64,000 bases of DNA, from the sequence record OR352949.1; one strand, written 5' to 3'. Position 1 is the first letter of the stretch. Every line of letters begins with the position of its first letter. Below the pieces are notes generated by a model. That model did not search any database, had not been told where the DNA came from, and was given only the letters and a program-made list of their open reading frames with translations. Shown here in pieces: positions 21,783 to 32,630 of the stretch. The stretch is from Escherichia phage AV119. The position numbers and the translations under genes were made by a program.

Positions 21783-24700
21783 ATGGCCGAGATTAAAAGA
21801 AAGTTCAGAGCAGAAGACGGTCTGGACGCAGGTGGTGATAAAATAATCAACGTAGCTTTAGCTGATCGTACCGTAGGAACTGACGGTGTTAACGTTGATT
21901 ACTTAATTCAAGAAAACACAGTTCAGCAATATGATCCAACTCGTGGATATTTAAAAGATTTTGTAATCATTTATGATAACCGCTTTTGGGCTGCTATAAA
22001 TGATATTCCAAAACCAGCAGGAGCTTTTAATAGCGTACGATGGAGAGCGTTACGTACTGATGCAAACTGGACAACTGTTTCGTCAGGACCTTATCAATTA
22101 AAATCAGGCGAATCGATTTCAGTTAACACCGCAGCTGGTAATGATATTACATTTACTTTACCATCTACCCCAATTGATGGTGATACTATCGTTCTCCAAG
22201 ATATTGGAGGAAAACCTGGAGTTAATCAGGTTTTAATTACAGCTCCGGTACAAAGCATTGTAAACTTTAGAGGTCAACAAGTACGCTCAGTACTAATGAC
22301 TCATCCAAAATCACAGATAGTTTTAATTTTTAGTAATCGTCTGTGGCAAATGTATGTTGCTGATTATAGTAGAGAAGCTGTAGTTGTAACTCCTGCGAGT
22401 CTCTATCAGGCACAATCAAACGATTTTATCGTACGTAGATTTACTTCTGCTTCAGCAATTAATATTAAACTTCCAAGATTTGCCAATCATGGCGATATTA
22501 TTAATTTCGTTGATTTGGATAAATTAAATCCTCTTTATCACACAATTGTTACTACATATGATGAAACAACTTCAGTACAAGAAGTTGGAACTCATTCCAT
22601 TGAAGGCCGTACATCGATTGACGGTTTCTTGATGTTTGATGATAATGAGAAATTGTGGAGATTGTTTGACGGGGATAGTAAAGCACGTTTACGCATTATA
22701 ACAACTAATTCTAATATTCGTCCAAACGAAGAAGTCATGGTATTTGGCGCGAATAATGGAACAACCCAAACAATTGAACTTCAGCTTCCGACTGATATTT
22801 CTGTTGGTGATACTGTCAAAATTTCCATGAATTACATGAGAAAAGGACAAACGGTTAAAATCAAAGCTGCAGGTGAAGATAAAATTGCTTCTTCAGTTCA
22901 ATTGCTGCAATTCCCAAAACGCTCAGAATATCCACCTGAAGCTGAGTGGGTTACAGTTCAAGAATTAGTTTTTAACGGTGAAACTAATTATGTTCCAGTT
23001 TTAGAGCTTGCTTATATAGAAGATTCTGACGGAAAATATTGGGTTGTACAGCAAAATGTTCCAACCGTAGAAAGAGTAGATTCTTTAAATGATTCTACTA
23101 GAGCAAGATTAGGTGTAATTGCTTTAGCTACACAAGCTCAAGCTAATGCTGATTTAGAAAATTCTCCACAAAAAGAATTGGCAATTACTCCAGAAACGTT
23201 AGCTAATCGTACTGCTACAGAAACTCGTAGAGGTATTGCAAGAATAGCAACTACTGCTCAAGTGAATCAGAACACCACATTCTCTTTTGCAGATGACCTT
23301 ATCATTACTCCTAAAAAGCTGAATGAAAGAACTGCTACAGAAACTCGTAGAGGTGTCGCAGAAATTGCTACGCAGCAAGAAACTAATGCAGGAACCGATG
23401 ATACTACAATCATTACTCCTAAAAAGCTTCAAGCTCGTCAAGGTTCTGAATCATTATCTGGTATTGTAACTTTTGTATCTACTGCAGGTGCTACTCCAGC
23501 TTCTAGCCGTGAATTAAATGGTACGAATGTTTATAATAAAAACACTAATAATTTAGTTGTTTCACCTAAAGCTTTGGATCAGTATAAAGCTACTCCAACA
23601 CAACAAGGTGCGGTAATTTTAGCAGTTGAAAGTGAAGTAATTGCTGGACAAAGTCAGGAAGGATGGGCAAATGCGGTTGTAACGCCAGAAACGTTACATA
23701 AAAAGACATCAACTGATGGAAGAATTGGTTTAATTGAAATTGCTACGCAAAGTGAAGTTAATACAGGAACTGATTATACTCGTGCAGTCACTCCTAAAAC
23801 TTTAAATGACCGTAGAGCAACTGAAAGTTTAAGTGGTATAGCTGAAATTGCTACACAGGTTGAATTCGACGCAGGCGTCGACGATACTCGTATCTCTACA
23901 CCATTAAAAATTAAAACCAGATTTAATAGTACTGATCGTACTTCTGTTGTTGCTCTATCTGGATTAGTTGAATCAGGAACTCTCTGGGACCATTATACCC
24001 TTAATATTCTTGAAGCAAATGAGACACAGCGTGGTACACTTCGTGTAGCTACACAGGTTGAAGCTGCTGCAGGAACATTAGATAATGTTTTAATAACTCC
24101 TAAAAAGCTTTTAGGTACTAAATCTACCGAATCGCAAGAAGGTGTTATTAAAGTTGCAACTCAGTCTGAAACTGTGACTGGAACGTCAGCAAATACTGCT
24201 GTATCTCCAAAAAATTTAAAATGGATTGTGCAGAGTGAACCTACTTGGGCAGCGACTACTGCGATAAGAGGTTTTGTTAAAACTTCGTCTGGTTCAATTA
24301 CATTCGTTGGTAATGATACAGCTGGTTCAACACAGCCATTAGAATCATATGAGAAAAATGGTTATGCAGTATCACCATATGAATTAAATCGCGTATTAGC
24401 AAATTATTTGCCGTTAAAAGCAAAAGCCGTAGATAGTAATTTATTAGATGGTCTAGATTCGCTCCAGTTCATTCGTAGGGACATTGCACAAACAGTTAAT
24501 GGTTCACTAACCTTAACCCAACAAACGAATCTGAGTGCCCCTCTTGTATCATCTAGTACTGCTACATTCGGTGGATCAGTTTCAGCAAATAGTACATTAA
24601 CTATTTCTAATACTGGAACGGCAACTCGTCTGATTTTTGAGAAAGGACCTCAAACTGGAACTAACCCAGCACAGACGATGACTATTAGAGTTTGGGGAAA

Positions 24701-25652
24701 TCAGTTTGGCGGCGGTTCAGATACAACACGTTCTACTGTATTTGAAGTTGGTGATGAAACGTCTAATCACTTTTATTCTCAACGTAATAAAGCTGGGAAT
24801 ATAACGTTTAGTATCAATGGTACTGTAATGCCAATAAACATTAATGCTTCGGGTTCTTTAAATGCGAATGGCGTTGCAACATTTGGTAGTTCAGTTACTG
24901 CTAATGGCGAATTCATCAGCAAGTCTGCAAATGCTTTTAGAGCAATAAACGGTGATTATGGATTCTTTATTCGCAATGATGCTGCCAACACATATTTTAT
25001 GCTTACTGCATCGGGTGATCAGACTGGCGGATTTAATGGATTACGTCCTTTAGCTATTAATAATGCATCTGGCCAAGTAACGATTGGTGAAAGCTTAATC
25101 ATTGCCAAAGGTGCTACTATAAATTCAGATGGTTTGACTGTTAACTCGAGAATTCGTTCTCAGGGTACTAAAACATCTGATTTATATACCCGCGCACCAA
25201 CATCTGATACTGTAGGATTCTGGTCAATCGATATTAACGATTCAGCCACTTATAACCAGTTCCCGGGTTATTTTAAAATGGTTGAAAAAACTAATGAAGT
25301 GACTGGACTTCCATACTTAGAACGTGGCGAAGAAGTTAAATCTCCTGGTACACTGACTCAGTTTGGTAACACACTTGATTCGCTTTACCAAGATTGGATT
25401 ACTTATCCAACAACACCAGAAGCGCGTACCACTCGCTGGACACGTACATGGCAGAAAACCAAAAACTCTTGGTCAAGTTTTGTTCAGGTATTTGATGGAG
25501 GTAACCCTCCTCAGCCGTCTGATATCGGTGCTTTACCATCTGATAATGCCACAATGGGTAATCTTACTATTCGTGATTTCTTACGAATTGGTAATGTTCG
25601 CATTATTCCTGACCCAGTGAATAAAACTGTTAAATTTGAATGGGTTGAATAA
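21783..25652 (+). CDS. 34: gp34 long tail fibre proximal subunit
   Basis: 1289 aa, same length as T4 gp34; internal repeated TATETRRG-IA-IAT motifs. Confidence 0.93.
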   Translation: MAEIKRKFRAEDGLDAGGDKIINVALADRTVGTDGVNVDYLIQENTVQQYDPTRGYLKDFVIIYDNRFWAAINDIPKPAGAFNSVRWRALRTDANWTTVSSGPYQLKSGESISVNTAAGNDITFTLPSTPIDGDTIVLQDIGGKPGVNQVLITAPVQSIVNFRGQQVRSVLMTHPKSQIVLIFSNRLWQMYVADYSREAVVVTPASLYQAQSNDFIVRRFTSASAINIKLPRFANHGDIINFVDLDKLNPLYHTIVTTYDETTSVQEVGTHSIEGRTSIDGFLMFDDNEKLWRLFDGDSKARLRIITTNSNIRPNEEVMVFGANNGTTQTIELQLPTDISVGDTVKISMNYMRKGQTVKIKAAGEDKIASSVQLLQFPKRSEYPPEAEWVTVQELVFNGETNYVPVLELAYIEDSDGKYWVVQQNVPTVERVDSLNDSTRARLGVIALATQAQANADLENSPQKELAITPETLANRTATETRRGIARIATTAQVNQNTTFSFADDLIITPKKLNERTATETRRGVAEIATQQETNAGTDDTTIITPKKLQARQGSESLSGIVTFVSTAGATPASSRELNGTNVYNKNTNNLVVSPKALDQYKATPTQQGAVILAVESEVIAGQSQEGWANAVVTPETLHKKTSTDGRIGLIEIATQSEVNTGTDYTRAVTPKTLNDRRATESLSGIAEIATQVEFDAGVDDTRISTPLKIKTRFNSTDRTSVVALSGLVESGTLWDHYTLNILEANETQRGTLRVATQVEAAAGTLDNVLITPKKLLGTKSTESQEGVIKVATQSETVTGTSANTAVSPKNLKWIVQSEPTWAATTAIRGFVKTSSGSITFVGNDTAGSTQPLESYEKNGYAVSPYELNRVLANYLPLKAKAVDSNLLDGLDSLQFIRRDIAQTVNGSLTLTQQTNLSAPLVSSSTATFGGSVSANSTLTISNTGTATRLIFEKGPQTGTNPAQTMTIRVWGNQFGGGSDTTRSTVFEVGDETSNHFYSQRNKAGNITFSINGTVMPININASGSLNANGVATFGSSVTANGEFISKSANAFRAINGDYGFFIRNDAANTYFMLTASGDQTGGFNGLRPLAINNASGQVTIGESLIIAKGATINSDGLTVNSRIRSQGTKTSDLYTRAPTSDTVGFWSIDINDSATYNQFPGYFKMVEKTNEVTGLPYLERGEEVKSPGTLTQFGNTLDSLYQDWITYPTTPEARTTRWTRTWQKTKNSWSSFVQVFDGGNPPQPSDIGALPSDNATMGNLTIRDFLRIGNVRIIPDPVNKTVKFEWVE
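23211..23234 (+). repeat. 24-nt exact direct repeat (actgctacagaaactcgtagaggt), copy 1, inside gene 34
   Basis: second copy at 23331..23354; encodes repeated fibre motif TATETRRG. Confidence 0.7.
23331..23354 (+). repeat. 24-nt exact direct repeat, copy 2, inside gene 34
   Basis: identical to 23211..23234. Confidence 0.7.
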
Positions 25653-25660
25653 GAGGTATT

Positions 25661-26776
25661 ATGGAAAAATTTATGGCAGAGTTTGGACAAGGATATGTCC
25701 AAACGCCATTTTTATCGGAAAGTAATTCAGTAAGATACAAAATAAGTATAGCGGGTTCTTGCCCGCTTTCTACAGCAGGACCATACGTTAAATTTCAGGA
25801 TAATCCTATAGGAAATCAAACATTTAGCGCAGGTCTTCATTTAAGAGTTTTTGACCCTTCCACGGGAGCATTAGTTGATAGTAAGTCATATGCTTTTTCT
25901 ACTTCAAATGATACTACATCAGCTGCTTTTGTTAGTTTCATGAATTCTTTGACGAATAATAGAATTGTTGCTATATTAACTAACGGAAAGGTTAATTTTC
26001 CTCCTGAAGTAGTATCTTGGTTAAGAACAGCTGGAACGTCTGCTTTTCCATCTGATTCTATATTGTCAAGATTCGACGTATCATATGCTGCTTTTTACAC
26101 TTCTTCTAAAAGAGCTATCGCATTAGAGCATGTTAAACTGAGCAACAGAAAAAGCACGGATGATTATCAAACTATTTTAGATGTTGTATTTGACAGTTTA
26201 GAAGATGTCGGAGCTACCGGGTTTCCAAGAAGAACGTATGAAAGCGTTGAGCAATTTATGTCAGCGGTTGGTGGAACTAATAACGAAATTGCGAGATTGC
26301 CAACTTCAGCTGCTATAAGTAAATTATCTGATTATAATTTAATTCCTGGAGATGTTCTTTATCTTAAAGCCCAGTTATATGCTGATGCCGATTTACTTGC
26401 TCTTGGAACTACGAATATATCCATTCGATTTTATAATGCATCAAATGGATATATTTCCTCAACACAGGCTGAATTTACCGGGCAAGCTGGATCTTGGGAA
26501 TTAAAGGAAGATTATGTAGTTGTTCCAGAAAACGCTGTAGGATTTACGATATATGCACAAAGAACTGCACAAGCTGGTCAAGGCGGCATGAGAAATTTAA
26601 GCTTTTCTGAAGTATCAAGAAATGGCGGCATTTCAAAACCTGCTGAATTTGGCGTCAACGGTATTCGCGTTAATTATGTCTGTGAATCTGCTTCACCTCC
26701 GGATATAATGGTACTTCCTACGCAAGCATCGTCTAAAACTGGTAAAGTGTTTGGACAAGAATTTAGAGAAGTTTAA
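25661..26776 (+). CDS. 35: gp35 long tail fibre hinge connector
   Basis: 371 aa; position and length as T4 gp35. Confidence 0.9.
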   Translation: MEKFMAEFGQGYVQTPFLSESNSVRYKISIAGSCPLSTAGPYVKFQDNPIGNQTFSAGLHLRVFDPSTGALVDSKSYAFSTSNDTTSAAFVSFMNSLTNNRIVAILTNGKVNFPPEVVSWLRTAGTSAFPSDSILSRFDVSYAAFYTSSKRAIALEHVKLSNRKSTDDYQTILDVVFDSLEDVGATGFPRRTYESVEQFMSAVGGTNNEIARLPTSAAISKLSDYNLIPGDVLYLKAQLYADADLLALGTTNISIRFYNASNGYISSTQAEFTGQAGSWELKEDYVVVPENAVGFTIYAQRTAQAGQGGMRNLSFSEVSRNGGISKPAEFGVNGIRVNYVCESASPPDIMVLPTQASSKTGKVFGQEFREV

Positions 26777-26781
26777 ATTGA

Positions 26782-26808
26782 GGGAGCCTTCGGGTTCCCT
26801 TTTTCTTT
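26782..26808 (+). terminator. rho-independent terminator after gene 35 (gggagcc-ttcg-ggttccc + T-tract)
   Basis: stem-loop followed by tttttcttt on plus strand. Confidence 0.5.
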
Positions 26809-26815
26809 ATAAATA
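26808..26815 (+). promoter_or_regulatory. T4-type late promoter TATAAATA upstream of gene 36
   Basis: exact TATAAATA 24 nt upstream of gene 36 ATG. Confidence 0.6.
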
Positions 26816-26838
26816 CTATTAAAATAAAGGGGCATACA

Positions 26839-27495
26839 ATGGCTGATTTAAAAGTAGGTTCAACAACCGGAGGCTCTGTCATTTGGCATCAAGGAAATTT
26901 TCCATTGAATCCAGCCGGTGACGATGTACTCTATAAATCATTTAAAATATATTCAGAATATAATAAACCACAAGCTGCAGATAACGATTTCGTTTCTAAA
27001 GCTAATGGTGGTACTTATTTAAATAAAGTAATTTTTAATAAAGGAATGACTGTTCCTGGCGCAGGGTCAGGTGATAATGGTATTTTTGCTGGTCCTGGTG
27101 ATAGTGCCACGTATGATACTACAAATATGGATATTGTTTCGTGGTATGGTATTGGTTTTAAATCATCACAAGGAACAGCAGGTAGAACTGTAGTAATTAA
27201 CACGCGAAATGGAGATATTAGCTCAAAGGGTGTAATTGAAGCATCACAAATCCGTGTAACTTCGTTATCACCAGTAAATAATTATGACCTTACGCGGAAA
27301 GATTATGTTGATGGAGCAATAAATATTGTTACAGCAAACGCAAACTCTAGGGTATTACGCTCTGGAGACACTATGACAGGAAATTTAACTGCGCCAAACC
27401 TTTTTTCACAGAATCCTGCATCTCAACCCTCACATGTTCCACGATTTGATCAAATTGTTATTAAGGATTCTGTTCAAGATTTCGGCTATTATTAA
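26839..27495 (+). CDS. 36: gp36 long tail fibre distal connector
   Basis: 218 aa; position between 35 and 37. Confidence 0.9.
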   Translation: MADLKVGSTTGGSVIWHQGNFPLNPAGDDVLYKSFKIYSEYNKPQAADNDFVSKANGGTYLNKVIFNKGMTVPGAGSGDNGIFAGPGDSATYDTTNMDIVSWYGIGFKSSQGTAGRTVVINTRNGDISSKGVIEASQIRVTSLSPVNNYDLTRKDYVDGAINIVTANANSRVLRSGDTMTGNLTAPNLFSQNPASQPSHVPRFDQIVIKDSVQDFGYY

Positions 27496-27503
27496 GAGGA
27501 CTT

Positions 27504-30500
27504 ATGGCTACTTTAAAACAAATACAATTTAAAAGAAGCAAAACTGCAGGAGCACGTCCTGCCGCTTCAGTATTAGCCGAAGGTGAATTGGCTATAAACT
27601 TAAAAGACCGTGTACTTTTTACTAAAGATGACCAAGGAAATATTATTGATCTGGGTTTTGCTAAAGGCGGTAATATTGACGGGAATGTTATTCATACAGG
27701 CAATTATAACCAAACTGGCGATTATACTTTAAATGGCGTCTTCACTCAGACTGGTAATTTTAATTTAACTGGTATTGCTCGAGTAACTCGCGATATTATT
27801 GCCGCTGGGCAGATTATGACTGAAGGCGGAGAACTTATTACAAAAAGTTCAGGTACAGCGCATGTTAGTTTTTTCGATAACAATAGTCGCGAACGCGGAA
27901 TCATTTATGCCCCGGCTAATGATGGTTTAACTACACAAGTACTTAATATCAGGGTTCAAGACTACGCCGCTGGTAGCGAAAGCATTTATGCATTTTCAGG
28001 CAGTGGACTATTTACTTCACCTGAAGTATCAGCATGGAAATCTATTTCGTCTCCACAAATTCTAACCAACAAAGTCATTACTAATAATAAATCTACGGGT
28101 GATTATGACATCTATTCGATGGCAGACAATGTTCCATTGTCTGAAAGCACTACTGCTATTAATCATCTTCGTGTCATGCGTAATGCCGTTGGTTCTGGTA
28201 TTTTCCATGAAGTTAAAGATAATGATGGAATAACTTGGTATGCAGGTGATGGACTTGACACCTATCTTTGGTCATTTACTTGGAGCGGCGGAATTAAATC
28301 AAGTCACTCAATTTCTATTGGTTTAACACCTGGTAATAAAGATTATTCAATATTAGGACCATCTAGTATTGCTTTAGGAGATAATGATACTGGATTTAAA
28401 TGGCATCAAGATGGATATTATTTTAGCGTTAATAATGGAACAAAAACGTTTTTATTTAGTCCTAGCGAAACAACTAGCCTAAGAAAATTTGTAGCTGGAT
28501 ATTCTACTAACGGAACCGATTTAACTACTCCTCCAACTGAAAATTATGCTCTTGCTACTGTCGTGACATACCATGATAATAACGCGTTTGGGGATGGTCA
28601 GACTCTTTTAGGATATTATCAAGGCGGTAACTATCATCATTATTTCCGCGGCAAGGGCACTACAAACATTAATACTCACGGCGGTTTGTTAGTTACTCCA
28701 GGCAATATTGACGTTATTGGTGGTTCTGTTAATATCGATGGTAGAAATAATGCTTCTACAGCGCTGTTTAAAGGTAACACAACAGGTAGTAGTTCTGTGG
28801 ATAACATGACAATTTCTGTGTGGGGTAATACATTTACTAATCCTAGCGAAGGTAATCGCAAAAATGTCATGGAAATTTCCGATGCAACTAGCTGGATGAG
28901 CTATATTCAAAGACTTACAACAGGTGAAGTAGAAATGAACGTTAACGGTTCATTTGAATCATCTGGTGTTACTGCTGGAAATAGAGGAGTTCACACAACA
29001 GGCGAAATTTCATCTGGAGCAGTGAATGCGCTTCGCATTTGGAACGCAGATTATGGAGCTATTTTTAGACGTTCAGAAGGCAGTCTTCATATTATTCCAA
29101 CTGCTTACGGTGAAGGTAAACACGGCGATATCGGTCCACTTCGCCCGTTTAGTATGGCTTTAGATACTGGTAAAGTTACTATTCCAGATTTACAATCAAG
29201 TTACAATACGTTCGCTGCTAACGGTTATATTAAATTTGTTGGTCATGGCGCAGGCGCTGGCGGTTATGATATTCAATATGCTCAAGCGGCTCCTATTTTC
29301 CAGGAAATCGATGATGATGCTGTAAGCAAATATTATCCTATTGTTAAACAGAAGTTTCTAAACGGTAAATCCGTTTGGTCTTTAGGTACTGAAATTAATT
29401 CAGGTACATTCGTTATTCATCATCTGAAAGAAGATGGTTCACAAGGCCATACGTCTCGTTTTAATCAAGACGGTACTGTTAACTTCCCAGATAACGTTCA
29501 GGTCGGCGGCGGTGAAGCTACTATTGCTCGTAATGGTAATATTTTCTCAGATATTTGGAAATCGTTTACTTCTGCAGGAGACACTACAAATATTCGTGAC
29601 GCAATAGCTACTCGTGTTGCTAAAGAAGGCGATACGATGACCGGTAAGTTGATTATTAGAAGAGATTCTGACGCTATTAACTTAGCTGCGCCTTCGACAA
29701 CTGATGCAAGTTACCTTCTTTCTACGGGCGCTGGTGAAAATCTATGGTATATTGGTAAAGGCGGCGCTGATAATACTGTATCATTCTACAACTATAAAAC
29801 CAGTGGGGCTGTGCAAATTAACTCTATTGGTGAAATTGCGCTGATTCCACAAGGTGCTGCAACATTTAACTTTAACCGCGATCGTCTCCATATAAATGGG
29901 ACTCAATGGACTGCACATCAAGCTGGTGACTGGGGTAACCAATGGCGTCAAGAAGCTCCTATATTTGTGGATTTTGGTAGTGTCGGCAATGACTGCTATT
30001 ATCCTATTATTAAAGGAAAATCTGTTATTACGAATGAAGGATACGTATCTGGTGTTGATTTCGGTATGCGACGCATTACTAATAACTGGGCACAAGGTAT
30101 TATCCGTGTAGGTAATCAGGAAAACGGTTCCGACCCACAAGCTATCTTCGAATTCCACCATAATGGAAACATGTACGTTCCTGACATGGTTAAAGCTGGA
30201 GTAAGAATATCAGCTGGTGGAGGTGACCCTGTATGGACAGGCGCATGCGTTGTTATTGGTGATAATGATACCGGATTAGTTCATGGCGGTGACGGTCGTA
30301 TTAACATGGTTGCAAATGGAACGCATATTGCATCATGGGGCACGATGTATCAATCTCATCCAGGCCTTTGGGATTCAAATGGAGCTTTTTGGACAGAAGT
30401 TGGCAAAGCAATTATTTCTCATGGCCATTTAGTTCAGGCGAATGACAGTTATTCCACATATGTCCGCGATGTTTATGTCCGCTCTGATATTCGTGTTAAA

Positions 30501-30818
30501 AAGAACCTAGTTAAATTTGAAAATGCTTCTGAGAAGCTTTCAAAAATTAATGGTTACACTTATATGCAGAAGCGAGGCCTAGATGAAGAAGGTAATCAAA
30601 AATGGGAACCTAATGCCGGTTTAATTGCCCAAGAAGTTCAAGCTATTTTACCTGAATTAGTTGAAGGCGATCAGGATAGTGAAGCTTTACTTCGTTTGAA
30701 CTATAACGGTGTAATTGGTTTAAATACAGCTGCAATCAATGAGCATACTGCAGAAATTGCAGAACTTAAGTCAGAGATTGAAGAGCTTAAAAAATTAGTT
30801 AAATCATTGTTAAAATAA
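27504..30818 (+). CDS. 37: gp37 long tail fibre distal subunit with C-terminal intramolecular-chaperone-like domain
   Basis: 1104 aa; C-terminal SDIRVKKNL...coiled-coil tail resembles self-cleaving chaperone domains of fibre/spike proteins. Confidence 0.9.
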   Translation: MATLKQIQFKRSKTAGARPAASVLAEGELAINLKDRVLFTKDDQGNIIDLGFAKGGNIDGNVIHTGNYNQTGDYTLNGVFTQTGNFNLTGIARVTRDIIAAGQIMTEGGELITKSSGTAHVSFFDNNSRERGIIYAPANDGLTTQVLNIRVQDYAAGSESIYAFSGSGLFTSPEVSAWKSISSPQILTNKVITNNKSTGDYDIYSMADNVPLSESTTAINHLRVMRNAVGSGIFHEVKDNDGITWYAGDGLDTYLWSFTWSGGIKSSHSISIGLTPGNKDYSILGPSSIALGDNDTGFKWHQDGYYFSVNNGTKTFLFSPSETTSLRKFVAGYSTNGTDLTTPPTENYALATVVTYHDNNAFGDGQTLLGYYQGGNYHHYFRGKGTTNINTHGGLLVTPGNIDVIGGSVNIDGRNNASTALFKGNTTGSSSVDNMTISVWGNTFTNPSEGNRKNVMEISDATSWMSYIQRLTTGEVEMNVNGSFESSGVTAGNRGVHTTGEISSGAVNALRIWNADYGAIFRRSEGSLHIIPTAYGEGKHGDIGPLRPFSMALDTGKVTIPDLQSSYNTFAANGYIKFVGHGAGAGGYDIQYAQAAPIFQEIDDDAVSKYYPIVKQKFLNGKSVWSLGTEINSGTFVIHHLKEDGSQGHTSRFNQDGTVNFPDNVQVGGGEATIARNGNIFSDIWKSFTSAGDTTNIRDAIATRVAKEGDTMTGKLIIRRDSDAINLAAPSTTDASYLLSTGAGENLWYIGKGGADNTVSFYNYKTSGAVQINSIGEIALIPQGAATFNFNRDRLHINGTQWTAHQAGDWGNQWRQEAPIFVDFGSVGNDCYYPIIKGKSVITNEGYVSGVDFGMRRITNNWAQGIIRVGNQENGSDPQAIFEFHHNGNMYVPDMVKAGVRISAGGGDPVWTGACVVIGDNDTGLVHGGDGRINMVANGTHIASWGTMYQSHPGLWDSNGAFWTEVGKAIISHGHLVQANDSYSTYVRDVYVRSDIRVKKNLVKFENASEKLSKINGYTYMQKRGLDEEGNQKWEPNAGLIAQEVQAILPELVEGDQDSEALLRLNYNGVIGLNTAAINEHTAEIAELKSEIEELKKLVKSLLK

Positions 30819-30848
30819 TAAGAGGGGCTTCGGCCCTTGGAGGTTTAT

Positions 30849-31640
30849 ATGGCAGTTGAAGGACCGTGGGTAGGATGGTCTGCGAGGGTACAAACTGGAG
30901 ACCCTTGGATGGGTGGTGCCGCACAGAGATTGAGAATGGGAATTCCGTTTTGGATGAGTAATATGATAGGTCGATCTGTTGAAGTAATTCACACGCTTGG
31001 AGCAGACCATAACTTCAATGGTCAATGGTTCCGAGATAGATGTTTTGAGGCAGGTAATGCACCTATAGTGTTTAATATTACAGGTGATTTAGTATCATAT
31101 TCTAAAGATGTTCCTTTATTCTTCATGTACGGAGATACACCAAATGAATATGTTCAGTTAAATATTATTGGCGCTCATATGTGGGGTAGAGGTGGACAAG
31201 GTGGATGGACTCATTCCGGTGGAGATGGTAATGGACAACAAGGCGGGCATTGTATTCAAAACGACATTGGTGGACGATTAAGAATTAACAATGGTGGAGT
31301 AATCTGTGGTGGCGGAGGCGGTGGTGGCGGCATTGCTTACCGTGTTCACTCAGGGGCAAACTGGCAAGATATTGGTGGTGGCGGCGGAAGACCATTTGGC
31401 CCAGGTGGTGGCGGTGGTTACTCAGGTGGCGCAGCTTCATACGTCGCCCCAGGAGGTGGTTACCAATACGGAAATGCTCACTCTGGCCAGGGCGGCGATG
31501 CCGGAGGAAATGGACAAAATGCCTGGTCTGATGGTGGTAAAGTTCTAAAGGTTGGTGCAGGAGGAGCAGCAGGTTATGCTGTCATAGGATCTGCTCCAAC
31601 TTGGCAAAATGTTGGAGTAATATATGGTCCAAGAGTATAA
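30849..31640 (+). CDS. 38: gp38 tail fibre adhesin (T2 type, glycine-rich motifs)
   Basis: 263 aa from MAVEG (RBS GGAGG 5 nt upstream); several poly-Gly runs GGGGGGGG; size unlike the 183-aa T4 gp38 chaperone. Confidence 0.85.
   Translation: MAVEGPWVGWSARVQTGDPWMGGAAQRLRMGIPFWMSNMIGRSVEVIHTLGADHNFNGQWFRDRCFEAGNAPIVFNITGDLVSYSKDVPLFFMYGDTPNEYVQLNIIGAHMWGRGGQGGWTHSGGDGNGQQGGHCIQNDIGGRLRINNGGVICGGGGGGGGIAYRVHSGANWQDIGGGGGRPFGPGGGGGYSGGAASYVAPGGGYQYGNAHSGQGGDAGGNGQNAWSDGGKVLKVGAGGAAGYAVIGSAPTWQNVGVIYGPRV
31300..31440 (+). repeat. GGY/GGC glycine-codon repeat tracts inside gene 38
   Basis: ggtggcggaggcggtggtggcggc and related runs. Confidence 0.6.
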
Positions 31641-31671
31641 TTTTGAATAAATACCCCTAAAAGGAGGGTCT

Positions 31672-32328
31672 ATGGCAGCACCTAGAATATCATTTTCGCC
31701 CTCTGATATTCTATTTGGTGTTCTAGATCGCTTGTTCAAAGATAACGCTACCGGGAAAGTTCTTGCTTCCCGGGTAGCTGTCGTAATTCTTTTGTTTATG
31801 ATGGCGATTGTTTGGTATAGGGGAGATAGTTTCTTTGAGTACTATAAGCAATCAAAGTATGAAACATACAGTGAAATTATTGAAAAGGAAAGAAATGCAC
31901 GCTTTGAATCTGTCGCCCTGGAACAACTCCAGATAGTTCATATATCATCTGAGGCAGACTTTAGTGCGGTGTATTCTTTCCGCCCTAAAAACTTAAACTA
32001 TTTTGTTGATATTATAGCATATGAAGGAAAATTACCTTCAACAATAAGCGAAAAATCACTTGGAGGATATCCTGTTGATAAAACTATGGATGAATATACA
32101 GTTCATTTAAATGGACGTCATTATTATTCTGACTCAAAATTTGCTTTTTTACCAACTAAAAAGCCTACTCCCGAAATAAATTACATGTACAGTTGTCCAT
32201 ATTTCAATTTGGATAATATCTATGCTGGAACAATAACCATGTACTGGTATAGAAATGATCATATAAGTAATGACCGCCTTGAATCAATATGTTCTCAGGC
32301 GGCCAGAATATTAGGAAGGGCTAAATAA
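31672..32328 (+). CDS. t: holin T
   Basis: 218 aa, single N-terminal TMD, matches T4 holin T. Confidence 0.92.
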   Translation: MAAPRISFSPSDILFGVLDRLFKDNATGKVLASRVAVVILLFMMAIVWYRGDSFFEYYKQSKYETYSEIIEKERNARFESVALEQLQIVHISSEADFSAVYSFRPKNLNYFVDIIAYEGKLPSTISEKSLGGYPVDKTMDEYTVHLNGRHYYSDSKFAFLPTKKPTPEINYMYSCPYFNLDNIYAGTITMYWYRNDHISNDRLESICSQAARILGRAK

Positions 32329-32601
32329 TTATTTGTTTGTATACATCTCTAGATATCGATATACACCCTCAAAACCCTCGTTGAATTCGTCGATGAGGGT
32401 TTTCTTATCTTCTTGGGTTAATTCAGAAACAATTTTACGGAATGAATTCTGATTTAACTTTCTACCTTCATGCGTTACTCCAATCTCATTCAGAAATGCA
32501 ATAAAATTAGCACGATTCTCAACAATATCTTCTCTGGAAAATTTAATCAAAATAGACGCAACAGTAATAATTTCACGAACTGTATCAATGTTTTTATTCA
32601 T
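32329..32601 (-). CDS. asiA: AsiA anti-sigma70 factor
   Basis: 90 aa, matches T4 AsiA. Confidence 0.92.
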   Translation of the reverse strand: MNKNIDTVREIITVASILIKFSREDIVENRANFIAFLNEIGVTHEGRKLNQNSFRKIVSELTQEDKKTLIDEFNEGFEGVYRYLEMYTNK

Positions 32602-32630
32602 TAACTATACCACTCAATTAGTTGACTTTG

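Noticed and set aside
23199-23441. Minus-strand 80-aa ORF inside gene 34
   Set aside because: Antisense to the 1289-aa tail fibre gene; Cys/Ser-rich translation is an artefact of the reverse frame of the fibre repeat region.
30821-30840. GC hairpin (ggggc-ttcg-gcccc) between genes 37 and 38 as a terminator
   Set aside because: No U-tract follows and it overlaps the gene 38 ribosome-binding site; more likely a translational or RNA-structure element than a terminator.
31306-31548. Alternative-frame plus-strand ORF inside gene 38
   Set aside because: Out-of-frame reading of the GGY repeat region; no independent start signals.
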